The notes under the pieces are model-generated. The model was not told the origin of the DNA. It did not search any database and saw nothing but the letters and a program-made list of their open reading frames with translations. A stretch of DNA of 64,000 nucleotides from Eledone cirrhosa (Eukaryota): positions 156,984,001-157,048,000 of the forward strand of contig OZ024740.1 in assembly GCA_964016885.1 (NCBI GenBank). Reading direction: 5' to 3'. This document shows positions 27,695 through 41,139 of this stretch, piece after piece. Position 1 is the stretch's first letter. Every line of letters begins with the position of its first letter. The position numbers and the translations under genes are program-made.

Positions 27695-28345
27695 TGGTGA
27701 TGGTGGTGATGGTGGATGATGTCAGTGACGGTGATGGTGGTGGATGGTGCCAGTGATGGTGGTGGAGGTGGATGGTGCCAGTGATGGTGGTGAATGGTGG
27801 AGGTGGTGGTGGATGGTGACAGTGATCGTCGTAGTGGTGAAGGTGGTGGATGGTGTCAGTGATGGGGATGGTGGTGGTGGATGGTGTCAGTGATGGTGGT
27901 AGTGTTTGTGGATGGTGTCAGTGATGGTGATGGTGGTGGTGGTGGATGGTGTCAGTGATGGTGATGGTGATGGTGGCGGATGGTGCCAGTGATGGTGGTG
28001 GTAGTGGTGATGGTGACGGTGGTGGATGGTGTCAGTGATGGTGATGGTGGTGGTGGTGAATAGTGACAGTGATGGTGACAGTGATGGTGGTAGTGGTGGT
28101 GGTGAAGGTGATGGATTGTGTCAGTGATGGTGCTGATGGTGGTGGTGGATGGTGGTGGTGAAGGTGGTGGATTGTGTCAGTGATGGTGCTGGTGGTGGTG
28201 GTGGTGGATGGTGACAGTGATGGTGGTGATGGTGGTGGTTGTGGATGGTGCCAGTTATGGTGGTGGTGGTAGTAGTGGTGGTGGTGAAGGTGATGGATCG
28301 TGTCAGTATGGTGATGGTGGTGGATGGTGTTAGTGATGGTGGTGG
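27695..28345. repeat. GGT/GAT-rich minisatellite (gtggatggtgtcagtgatggt units)
   Basis: Direct sequence. Confidence 0.85.
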
Positions 28346-28368
28346 CAGTTGTTGTTGTTGTCGTTGTT

Positions 28369-28399
<31 letters not shown>

Positions 28400-29139
28400 C
28401 TGTTGCTGTTGTTGTTGTTGCGGTTGTTGTTGTTGTTGCTGCTGCTTCTGCTGCTGCTGCTGCCGTTGTTGTTGTTCATTTCACTGATGCTGCTGCTGCA
28501 GACAATGGTGCTGTTGCTGTTGTTGTAGTCGCTGGGTTGAAATTTTGAAATGTGTTCGCTTCGCGTGTGTGTTATATACATATACATATATATACATACA
28601 CATATATATATACATACACACACATTCAACACAGAAAATGGTGTTTTTGTTATTGTTGTTGCTGTCGCTGTTGCTGTAGGTGCTGTTGTTGTAGTTGTTG
28701 CTGTGTTGAAATCTGGTCGCATCAAAGGAGTTAGCAGTTTGTCAACGGGTCAGCCACCTTAGATAGTGTAATGAGTTATGTGGTGTTGGTGGTGGGGAGC
28801 GAGTGTAGACGTTATTGTGGTGACGGGGGCACAGTGAGATGTACAAGTTCATAGTTCACTTGTCCCCTTTCCTCTCTTTTCAAAATTTGAATTTATGGCA
28901 TTTTGCAATGGTGGACAAGTAAGCGTAAAATGTAAATTTTTTTTAAAATAGAGATTGCTCTGGAAGAATATATGGAATATTTCTGTAGCTTCCACAGCTT
29001 TTGTCAGAACATTCCCGGCGTCATATGAGCAAACACTTTTGTTGTATTTTGGTATTTTCAGTATACGAAAATTAGTAAAAACATACCCCCACGAAAACGG
29101 TGTGTTGTCCTACCTATGAGCTCCCTCTCTCTCATTATA

Positions 29140-29230
<91 letters not shown>

Positions 29231-29234
<4 letters not shown>

Positions 29235-29923
29235 ATACTTTGGGAGGGTCATGTTGCCAATAAGAAACACACGCACCAGTTGCTTTCACTTCAATTTATT
29301 ATAATAAATTTATAATAAATTTATAAATTTATAAATTTCTGGTTGGTTGGTTCGTTCCACAACCAGATAGTTGTTTATATATAGTCATAGTTCTTTCGTC
29401 ACACACTCTGTGACCTCTTCAGTGACTGGGAGTTCCTTTCTTTGTTTCTGTGCCTCTCCTTTGTTCTGTCCTACGCCATTTTGTTTCTGTGTGTGTGCTG
29501 TGTGCTCAGTCTGCGCATGCGCCACATCCGGGTGTCTGTGTGTGTTTATGTTCATTTATTTATTTGTTTATTTACATGTTACTGGTTGGTTGTTTGTTCT
29601 ATGTGTGTGTGTGTTTTCATTTTGTCCTTAATTGTAAGTTGTGATGTTGCTGTTCCACTCATATTTTCTATTTAATTTTGGTTGTAATTCTTTTATGTTT
29701 ATTGCCTCTGTGATTTGTCTAAACATTGCGTCTTTTCTGTGTGTAGATTCTATTTTTATTTCTATGTTCTCTAATTTACCCTTGTGTTCTATTTTAGCAT
29801 GTTGGTAGAGTACAGATGATTCTTTACTATCTTGAAGCTCTCGCCAGTGTTCATTTATCCGTTCCCCTACACTACGAGCTGTCTCACCTATGTACACTAT
29901 ATTTTTGTCTCTACATTGGTGAC
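29231..29923 (-). mobile_element. PLE 3' fragment (GIY-YIG C-terminus + pLTR with hammerhead at 29383-29427)
   Basis: QCRDKNIVYIGETARSVGERINEH...KLNRKYEW, nearly identical to 45771-46060; the pLTR matches 45272-45600. Confidence 0.9.
29383..29427 (-). ncRNA. Minimal type I hammerhead ribozyme
   Basis: agtca CTGAAGA g gtcaca..tgtgac GAAA gaac TA tgact. Confidence 0.78.
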
Positions 29924-30049
29924 ATCCCTTGAATCGCAAGAATGTTTTGCAAATTTTGAAGGTGCCAGCTGTCGCAGCCATTTGTAGACTATGAATTAGG
30001 GATGTATGTTTGTATGTATGTGTGTATGTATATATGTATGTATGTATGT

Positions 30050-33000
30050 TATCTCTTTCTCTTAATTTTGAGTACATTTTTTTTGACCGGCCAGAAAAGA
30101 AATTGTCATCCCTTGAAAGAAAAGAATAGAAATTGTCATCCCTTGAATCGCAAGATGTTTTGCAAATTTTGAAGGTGCCAGCTATCGCAGCCATTTGTAA
30201 ACTATGAATTAGGGAGCTGAGCTTTTTGTCCGCAAATCCAAGTTCAGTCATACTCTGGTCCAAGCGGGTTGCTATATAACACGTAGCTCCAATAATGATG
30301 GGTATGAAGCTAAAGTTGTATCTTGGATACTGGATTTGTAAACTCCTCATCAATGATCCGTAGATGTCCTCCTTCTCCTGTATTTTTCTGACAACGTTTA
30401 CATCAAGTGGGCAGCTGATCTCCACAACAGAACACGTTTTCAATGTGTGGTCCCAAACAACAATATCAGGCCGGTTGTGCTTTAATTTGGTGGCAGTTTT
30501 TATTTTCAGGTTCCACCAGTATTCCTTAGTGCCATCTGTCTCAATATATTCTTCCTCGTTTGTTGTTAATTTTGTTTTCCGAAGTGCGTTCCAGATGGTT
30601 CTAGCTATCCCATCGTGTCTCGTGGGGAGATAGTAGCGAGATGACATTCTTTCGCAGCTGGCAACAATGTGGCTTACATCCTCGATCTTTGTTTTACATA
30701 GCCTACATTTATTGTCAGCTGCTGGCCCTCCTCTTTTGTGCAGCAGATATTTGGTAGGAAGTTCTTGTTCCTGTATTGCATAGAGATATCCCTCAAGGTG
30801 TGATGTCATAAACTTGTCGGAACTCCATGCCAGGCTTTTTGAGTGGTTTATCCCCTCTATGGTCTGTGTTTTACGCCTCAACTATCCATGCACAACTTTT
30901 TCTGTAAATTGGTCAATTTTTTTATCTTGTTTGAACATTGAATAGGATCTTCCGATTTCTCTGGGTGAGAGATTTATATCAGGCTTTATTCCATATCTCT
31001 CCTCCAGATCAGTCGCTATTCTAATGATATTTTTTTTTTCATGCTCATAAACCTGGCCAACCTTTTTCCTCTGTTGAAGACATTGAATAGGATCTTCCGA
31101 TTTCTCTGGATGAGAGATTTATATCAGGCTTTATTCCATATCTCTCCTCCAGATCAGTCGCTATTCTAATGATATTTTTTTTTTCATGCTCATAAACCTG
31201 GCCAACCTTTTTCCTCTGTTGAAGATGTTGCTTCAGTGTTACTATCCGGGTCTCATATGTTGTTAATATTGATTTTAGACCCCGGCCACCTTGCTTGCGT
31301 GAGAAGTATAGCCTATCCACATCACCATTGATGTTAAAGTTCCCAGTAACACTGAGAAGTTTTCGAGTTCTAACATCCATCTCACTTAGTTCTTGCAATG
31401 ACCAGTTCAGCAGGCCAAATGTTGGCGTTAGAATTGGCACAGCATAAGTATTGTGGGCAATGTATTTGTTGTACGCCGACAGTTCTGATGACCATATTTT
31501 CTTTACTCTTCTGAGGTATTCAGTTCTGGTTCTCTCCTTATTTATGGGTCCATCATATCTGACATTCTCATCCTGTCCAAGATATCTGTAGTTGTCACCT
31601 GACTGCAGAGGTTGTATTGTCAGGCCGTTCATCTCTAGATTTCTAGAGGTGGGCACAGCTCTTCCACGTTTTACTGCCAAATATGCACACTTGGACTCAC
31701 AAAATTTCATTTTGATGTCGATTGAAAATTGTGTAATGAGGTCCAATTGTTTCTTGATGTCATTGATATTTGGCCCATACAACTTCAGGTCATCAACAAA
31801 GAAAAGATGGGAGATACTTCTGGGCCCACTTCTTTGTCCACCTTGTTTTCTGAGTAGGTAAGATAGTGGATTCAGTGAGAGAACGAAGAGTAGCACTGAC
31901 AAGCTATCACCCTGAAAGATGCCCTTCTGGTAATGTATCTTATCAGTCTTAACTTGCTCCTTCTCACCTCTAAGGATCAAATTGGTGTACCAGTTCTTGG
32001 TCAGGCGCTGAACAGCAGCTACCAATGGTTGTGGGACTTTAGCTAACTGTAAAGCCTTAATAATCCACCCATGAGGTACACTATCAAATGCTTTTTGATA
32101 GTCCAGCCACACCACAGTCATGTTTCTGCGATTCTTTGTTGTTTTTTCCTGAATCATTTTGTTAGTTAGTAGGTGATCTATGCAACCCCACACCTCCCTC
32201 TTTCCACCAGCTTGCTCAGGTGTTATGATGTTGTTGGTAGCACAGTGATCCTGTAAGAACAGGTTAAGGCACCCCGTATATAATTTATACATGATGTTTT
32301 GGCAGGCTATTGGGCGGTAATTTTTAGCAAGGGTGGTTTGGCTATTTTGGGGGAATGAGGAGAGTAGTGGCAGTTGATAACCATCTAGGCAGTTCTTGTG
32401 TGCCTTTAATGGTTTCTGTAAACAGCCGTATAAGATCTTGCCGATAGAAAGTGAAACTCTTCAACCAGTATCCTGTAATGAGGTCTGGGCCTGGCGATTT
32501 CCTATTCGACATTTTCTGTAGAGCTGTTTCCAGTATTGACCCATCTATGTCATATTGTTTTGTCTGGACATGTTGGCAGTAGTCCTGTTCCACTTTTTTA
32601 GCCAATTAGCTTGTCTGTTGAATCCGTCATCCGTTTCCCATACAGATCTCCAGTAGCTCTCAACCTGTTCTTTTGAAGGGGTGTCGTTTACAGGGACTGA
32701 GCTTTTGCCACCGAAGCTGCAATAAACTGATTTAGGGTCTCTGGCAAACAATCTATTTAGCACTTGTTGTTTATGTGCTGTTGACTTATATTTTAGTCTT
32801 TCTGTTGTAGCTGTGAGTTGTTGTTTCAACTGGTGTAATTTTGAGTTCAAAGTTTTAAATTTTGTATCTCCAAATCGTCTCTCTAACTTTTTCTTTAGGT
32901 TTTCCTGGTGTCGTGTGAAGTTGCTCTCTATGTTGCATTTCATAATGACTGCGATGTGTGAGATACTTCGTCTCAGGGACAAAATTTTGGTTTTTAAATT

Positions 33001-34230
33001 TCGCATCCACGCTGGTTCAGGCTTTCTGTTTGTATCGCGTGGTTTTAGATGTGTGTTATATGATAGCAATGTGACAGCTGAAACATATAACAAAACATTA
33101 AGCGTTTCAAATGTCGTTTCTACACCTTTAGATCGTATAGCCTTCAGATAATTGCCAGCTATTTCGTTCACCGCTTCCAATTCCAATTTAGTGGGTTCTT
33201 TACTGATTCTGGTGTTGTATGGTCTGTCACTCACATTAAGGTTGTGTATCTCTTGTAACATATCGTTCCATATCACTTGTAGGGTGTCCACAAGTTTTTG
33301 GTGCTCTGTTTGTTCAGTAGAGTCCTGAATTTCAGCCCCGTTGTTGATGTGGTGACAATTACTACTAGAGTTAGCTGACCTTTCTCGCTGTTCTTCAGTG
33401 GAAGTGGGATGGATTTCAGCAAAATTGTTGGTGTGCTGTTCACTGTTAGATTTAGCTGGCCATTCTCTTTGTCTGTCAGTGGCGGTGGGGTGGTTGTCTA
33501 CAAGGGCTGTATTTGTAGTATCACTCAATTCCGTTAGATGTATCAATTTACATCTAATGATACGTTTTGCCTGTTCATTTAAATGCTTTAGAGAAAAGTC
33601 TAATTCTGGGTGTTTGGAGTTCCATAAAGTTGTTAGCCTTTGCATAAAACCGAACTTTTGGGGTTCAGATTGTTTGTATGCTTCATATAATACTTTGTTA
33701 AGCTCGTAGCTCCACTGTATACAACGGTTGTAGTTGCGATTTGGTCTAAGGAGACTTGTACTTTTTTGCCATGATGAGTTCGTCTATTCACTAATATTTC
33801 GTATTTATTTTTCAAAATAGTCGATGATCTTCTTTAAAAGTTTCGACAAAGTTCTGTCAGAGTCAAATTTAAAGTTATTCACAGCTTGGGTAATATTTCT
33901 TTTCAGTTAGTTTTTAATTCTACAACTGTGTTTTAAACGTTGTTCTTGAATCGTTTGAATCGAGAACAAAAAGAACCGTTACTTAGTATATTTCTTTATG
34001 AATGTAATATAATATAACAACGCTGTATTTATATGTTAAAGTTTATGTATCATTCATATAAATAGGTGTTCTACAACTTATTCACAGTTCAAACACTTAT
34101 GTTTTTGTTTCTGAATCGAAAACGTTACTTGTATATTTCTTTATAAATGTAATATCACAACGTTGCATTTATATGTTAAAGTGTATGTATCGTTCATATA
34201 TCATAAGTGTATGTTTCGTTCATATAAATA
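30050..34230 (-). mobile_element. R4/Dong-type non-LTR retrotransposon (RT + CCHC + RLE endonuclease), near full length, frameshifted; 3' end in (CATA)n
   Basis: KSPGPDLI, EQAGGKR, WLDYQKAFDSVPH, GIFQGDSLS, HLFFVDDLKLY, YRYLG, CRLC..EDVSHIVASC, RHD, RPDIVV..VEISCP..K..K..Y. Confidence 0.9.
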
Positions 34231-34754
34231 GGTGTCTCTCTATCTATCTCTAATATCTATCTCTAATACATACATACATACATAACATACATACATACAT
34301 AACATACAAACACGCATACATATACACATACTTACACACATATATACATACATACATAAATACATACACATACATACATCAATACATACATACATGATAA
34401 TGACTAAAAATCACTCTGAACAAATACACTCAACCCTGTGGTTTTATGAATGTATCTAGAATTACGTGATACAAAAGGAATATTCAATATACAGATAAGA
34501 GACAGAAGAAAACAATTTTCCCTGAAGAAAAGATCAACATCTGCTTCAAACATACGAACCAATCTTATACAGAAACTTTCCAAACGACAGATAATTGACG
34601 ACTATAAGAAATATAGAAATAAAGTAAACTGCGTGGCAAAGATAATTGAGAATGTTTCGAAATAGAATTCATTCAGGTGTTTCAAGTGAAGATTTTTTAG
34701 GATTTCCCAGAGAAATACTCCTTTTTTTTTACATCCACCGATATTTCACTATAT

Positions 34755-34863
<109 letters not shown>

Positions 34864-34999
34864 AACACACTCATGCCTCATGCACTCACACACACACATG
34901 TGTGTGTATTACACCACCACATCTACCATGTTCTAGACTCATACAAATGTGTCCCTTGCCTACCAACACCTGTCCAAGCTTCGGATGGAGTTTACGCTG

Positions 35000-35570
35000 A
35001 AATATGGAGACTGACTAGGTGAGCTGGACCTTACATGAAACAGGATTTCTAATATGCGGTTCTTGTCCCATTTTCCTCTCCTCTCCACTTTGACACTTGA
35101 TCATAATTTAATCCGATCACGCACTAAACTCTCAGGTTAAAACATACACTCTCTGGTTAAAACACAACAAAGTCTCAAAACTCGGTGTGTTCGATTACCC
35201 CAGCTCCAAATGTTATCCCAAGCTAAAATATCTGAGCTTGATGAAGAATGATGCGACAACAAGTTACTTCAGCAGCGGAACCTACCAGCAATACATAGTG
35301 GATTACAAACAAGATGTTATCAATCAAAAACCAAAGCTAGAAATTCTCAGGAAGAAAGGAACGAAGCTGAGAAGATTTATCTAAGAGCTATTTTACAGAC
35401 CACCAGACGAGATAAACGGGTCGTTGAATTTTCCGGCCTCACCACTTTTTGAGAATGTATGATGAGAGAATCTCTAAGCAAGTCTTATTTGATCAACTTA
35501 AAGGTTCTCGAAGAAAAGTAGGCCGACCACTACTTTAGGAGAGATGGTCACCATTTTAGAAGGCTGCGTT
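35000..35570 (+). mobile_element. Old RTE-like LINE 3' remnant
   Basis: SKQVLFDQLKGSRRKVGRPLL at about 35473-35535. Confidence 0.45.
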
Positions 35571-35854
35571 GTTTTACGATTTAGAGGGGAGTTCGTTTCC
35601 CTAGCTTGGCTGCTAGAAAATCTCTTCTATTTGTTGTTAGGTGTAGGTAAACAATTAAACAAAAAGAACATACCTCGAGATTATATGTACATGAGCATTT
35701 TAATCAGAGCAATAAACAAAACAGGTTATCATATCAGTTGCTCCTTGATTGGTAATTCGTAATTATCATTTCGTAGCGGTGTTCAAATATCCCGTGACCG
35801 CATGGTGTGATATCGCTGTTTCGCCACAGTGAAATGCGTCTGCTCGCATCAACA

Positions 35855-35927
<73 letters not shown>

Positions 35928-37114
35928 ATTATAAGATAAATTCTCAGTTTCTAACCTATCGGCCATGTCGGTCTTCTGTATCAAAGTATGAATTCAATTT
36001 AAATTATATTTGTTGATTGCTAATTTGCTCATTCGAATATCATGTTTCATTGCTCGTGTTCAGGTAAATCAATTCTTACGACAGACATCTAACTTACAAA
36101 TAGATGAAAAAAGCCATTAACGAACATTAAAAGTAAACTTTTCCAAAGCTAGGAAGCATGTGAAAATTTTAAATCGACACCAGTAAATAGAAATAATAAC
36201 ATCATCGTAGTTCCTGGAATCTATTATAACAATATGAAACGTTTGCAATCAAAATGGCTACAAAATCGTTTCCTGTACGTATGGCATATAATATAGTTCT
36301 TCTATGTCGAGAATTTATTTCCTGCTTGAGAGTATAACTAATAAAGCGATCAACACCAATGTAGTAAATATAGTGATATTTTGGCATCGCAGACGAAAAT
36401 ATGAGGTGTATTAAAAGGCATTCGATATATTATTGCTGTTTATATAATGACTTGCTTAAGAGATAATTTTAACTGCGTCGATAGTATTATCGGCATACTA
36501 GCTCTAATATCAAAGGTTTGTTGCTTGTCATGCATTGCCTGATTTACCATGGTGTTTAGGTGTGCTTAAGCACAGGCCGCATTCGCCATGGAAATCCATC
36601 TTCCTGCCAAAAAGATATTTACTTCCTTCAGGGCCCAAATAAGGGGACTCATAACTTAACTAGCACAGGACCTCATTTATCCTAAATCCGGCACTGCTGT
36701 CACGGATATATTTTTGTATCTATATCCAAAATACGTATCTAACACTGCACTAATTACCTTAAACGTAAATAAGTACCACATATAAAAGCCATCACTGCAG
36801 TTAGAGAGGGAACAACATTGTGATTGTTCTACTTCAAATCACATAATGCCTCTTATAATTCTCTCAGAGATAGAACTGGTCATTCCGTTTAGTTAACCAT
36901 GATGTAATAATAAGAAAAGCACTTTACGTTACGCAACTAATCCATCGTTGAATCCCGTGGCTGGTGCAGTAACGGAGCTGAGTATTTATTCAATTAAAAC
37001 AGCAGAAGCCTGCACATGATGATGTCAAAAGAGACTTCCGTAACCAGGCCATTGAAATATATATAGGTTTTTTTTAGCGGGATATCTCCAGTTCGGCCTT
37101 CTGTTGATTTAATC

Positions 37115-37543
<429 letters not shown>

Positions 37544-37599
37544 ATATATATATATATATATAATATAAGATCAAAAGATGGTTAAAGGAGTTCAATATA

Positions 37600-37666
37600 T
37601 TTTATTATGCGCATTTCAAAAACAAACATCATCAAACAATAATATTTGTGTTTTCATCAGATAAAA
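37600..37666 (-). ncRNA. Minimal type I hammerhead ribozyme (mirror copy)
   Basis: Reverse complement of 40896-40962. Confidence 0.72.
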
Positions 37667-39280
37667 CAGGAGAACATGATATGAAGGCTAAAAAAACACT
37701 TGTTGATAGTGCAGTTTTAAATCAACATATGAAAAGTGGTTTTAGATTGATGTGTGATATTGGGAAAAATATTTTATTTAGAGAGGGGGGGAGAGAAAAG
37801 GATGAAAAGGGAAGGAGATGAGAGGGAGAGATGGGTGATAGAGAGAAAGAGATAGTTTTTATAACAGAGAGGAGATATATTTTATATAGAGGGGTTGAAA
37901 ACCGTTGGAAGATACTGTATAAATTAAAAATTTTGAAAATTAACGAAGGGAGGATATGTGCGAGGAAAAAATATATTATATTTAGGGAGGGGTGGGGGTG
38001 GAAAGGATGAAAAAAAGGGGAGGAGATGAGAGTGAAGGTGGAAAGGGAGAGATGGGTGATAGAGAGAAAGAGATAGTTTTTATAACTGAGAAAAAGATAT
38101 AATGTTTTAATATAGAGAGGTTGTGAACCGTTGGAAGATAATGTATAAATTAAAGGAATTTGAAAATTAACGAAGGGAAATTATGTATGGAGATAGAGAG
38201 AAAAAAATAACGAAGGGAGATTATGTATGGAGATAGAGAGAAAAAAAAATAATAATTGTGGGTGAATATTCAAAAGGAGAAATGTAGGAATTTTAAAATT
38301 AGCAAAGAGAAAAAGTTTATGTATAGGATTTGAGAAAAATAATGTGAAGTTAAAGTTTTTATATTGAATTCATATGTATTAATAATGAGTTCGTTGATGG
38401 GGAGAAAAAAATAATAATAAATTAAGGATGAAATTGAGATTAAAAAGATTTATGATAGAGAGAAAAAATAATAATGATTGCGGATGAATACTCAAAATGT
38501 CAAAAACAAATGTTATTGTTTTACGAGGAGATATAATGAGGGTGATGAGTAAACGGGTATTATAGAGTGTATAATGCCCTTTAAAGTAAGGTAGATGGGT
38601 ATATTTTAAAGAATATATGAGTATATATTAAAAAAAATATATAATAATAAATTAAGGATGAAATTGAGATTAAAAAGATTTATGATAGAGGGAAAAAAAA
38701 TAATAATGATTGCGGATGAATATTCAAAATGTCAAAAACAAATGTTATTGTTTTACGAGAAGATAGGATGAGGTAAATGAGTAAACGAGTACTATAGAGT
38801 GTATAATGCCCTTTAAAGTAAGGTAGATGGGTATATTTTAAAGAGGTGTATGTATATGTGCCTTTGAGAAAAGATTCTAAATTGATAAAGAATTGAATAT
38901 TAACTGTATACTTTGTGAAAAGTTCTATGGAATTTATGCAGGCAGATGGAAAACAAATCCGAGCGTCTATTTATTATGGATTCTAGGTTAGAGATAATGG
39001 TAAATTTTTCATTTAGGCAGAGATTACAGATTTTAGATAGAGAACTGTTCAAGTACGAGGATGCAGAAGAAATCTTTTTCCAAAAGATGTTATATTTAAT
39101 GTTTTTGTCTTTTAAGGACCATATGAGTTCTGAGAGAGCAGTGTTAGTTCTTTTAAGTTTGTATTTGAAAGATGAATGATGATTATAGAGACGAGCTTTA
39201 AAAGAGGTGGAAGTGGAGCCAAAATAGGTGAAGGAGTTGGTGCTAGTTATAATTTTACATTCATAAATTAAGTTTTTATC

Positions 39281-39661
39281 GAGAAAAACTTAATTTATGA
39301 ATGTAAAATTATAACTAGCACCAACTCCTTCACCTATTTTGGCACCACTTCCACCTCTTTTAAAGCTCGTCTCTATAATCATCATTCATCTTTCAAATAC
39401 AAACTTAAAAGAACTAACACTGCTCTCTCAGAACTCATATGGTCCTTAAAAGACAAAAACATTAAATATAACATCTTTTGGAAAAAGATTTCTTCTGCAT
39501 CCTCGTACTTGAACAGTTCTCTATCTAAAATCTGTAATCTCTGCCTAAATGAAAAATTTACCATTATCTCTAACCTAGAATCCATAATAAATAGACGCTC
39601 GGATTTGTTTTCCATCTGCCTGCATAAATTCCATAGAACTTTTCACAAAGTATACAGTTAA
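39281..39661 (+). pseudogene. Naiad-like GIY-YIG endonuclease domain, no start codon (mirrored on the minus strand at about 38900-39280)
   Basis: EKNLIYECKIITSTNSFTYFGTTSTSFKARLYNHHSSF..TALSELIWSLKD..ICNLCLNEK..NRRSDLFSICLHK. Confidence 0.88.
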
Positions 39662-40895
39662 TATTCAATTCTTTATCAATTTAGAATCTTTTCTCAAAGG
39701 CACATATACATACACCTCTTTAAAATATACCCATCTACCTTACTTTAAAGGGCATTATACACTCTATAGTACTCGTTTACTCATTTACCTCATCCTATCT
39801 TCTCGTAAAACAATAACATTTGTTTTTGACATTTTGAATATTCATCCGCAATCATTATTATTTTTTTTTTCCCTCTATCATAAATCTTTTTAATCTCAAT
39901 TTCATCCTTAATTTATTATTATATATTTTTTTTAATATATACTCATATATTCTTTAAAATATACCCATCTACCTTACTTTAAAGGGCATTATACACTCTA
40001 TAATACCCGTTTACTCATCACCCTCATTATATCTCCTCGTAAAACAATAACATTTGTTTTTGACATTTTGAGTATTCATCCGCAATCATTATTATTTTTT
40101 CTCTCTATCATAAATCTTTTTAATCTCAATTTCATCCTTAATTTATTATTATTTTTTTCTCCCCATCAACGAACTCATTATTAATACATATGAATTCAAT
40201 ATAAAAACTTTAACTTCACATTATTTTTCTCAAATCCTATACATAAACTTTTTCTCTTTGCTAATTTTAAAATTCCTACATTTCTCCTTTTGAATATTCA
40301 CCCACAATTATTATTTTTTTTTTCTCTATCTCCATACATAATCTCCCTTCGTTATTTTTTTCTCTCTATCTCCATACATAATTTCCCTTCGTTAATTTTC
40401 AAATTCCTTTAATTTATACATTATCTTCCAACGGTTCCCAACCTCTCTATATTAAAACATTATATCTTTTTCTCAGTTATAAAAACTATCTCTTTCTCTC
40501 TATCACCCATCTCTCCCTTTCCACCTTCACTCTCATCTCCTCCCCTTTTTTTCATCCTTTCCACCCCCACCCCTCCCTAAATATAATATATTTTTTCCTC
40601 GCACATATCCTCCCTTCGTTAATTTTCAAAATTTTTAATTTATACAGTATCTTCCAACGGTTTTCAACCCCTCTATATAAAATATATCTCCTCTCTGTTA
40701 TAAAAACTATCTCTTTCTCTCTATCACCCATCTCTCCCTCTCATCTCCTTCCCTTTTCATCCTTTTCTCTCCCCCCCTCTCTAAATAAAATATTTTTCCC
40801 AATATCACACATCAATCTAAAACCACTTTTCATATGTTGATTTAAAACTGCACTATCAACAAGTGTTTTTTTAGCCTTCATATCATGTTCTCCTG

Positions 40896-40962
40896 TTTTA
40901 TCTGATGAAAACACAAATATTATTGTTTGATGATGTTTGTTTTTGAAATGCGCATAATAAAA
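40896..40962 (+). ncRNA. Minimal type I hammerhead ribozyme
   Basis: ttttat CTGATGA aaaca..tgttttt GAAA tgcgca TA ataaaa; palindromic stem III. Confidence 0.75.
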
Positions 40963-41085
40963 TATATTGAACTCCTTTAACCATCTTTTGATCTTATATT
41001 ATGCATACTCCAGTCCCACAAACTGTAGAGTGCTTCTTATCCGATATCTGCATTGCTTTATTGTACTACAATAAAACTCACCTCC

Positions 41086-41139
<54 letters not shown>

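Larger units (their letters stand above)
37561..41088. mobile_element. 3.44-kb palindrome (centre 39280/39281) made of a 5'-truncated Naiad-like PLE and its inverted copy; extra tail 41002-41088
   Basis: Arms are 37561-39280 and 39281-41001, with mirror ORFs 38946-39179 and 39382-39615. Flanked by (TA)n. Confidence 0.92.

Noticed and set aside
38946-39615. Two identical 77-aa ORFs on opposite strands
   Set aside because: Antisense shadows of the GIY-YIG frame, produced by the palindrome.
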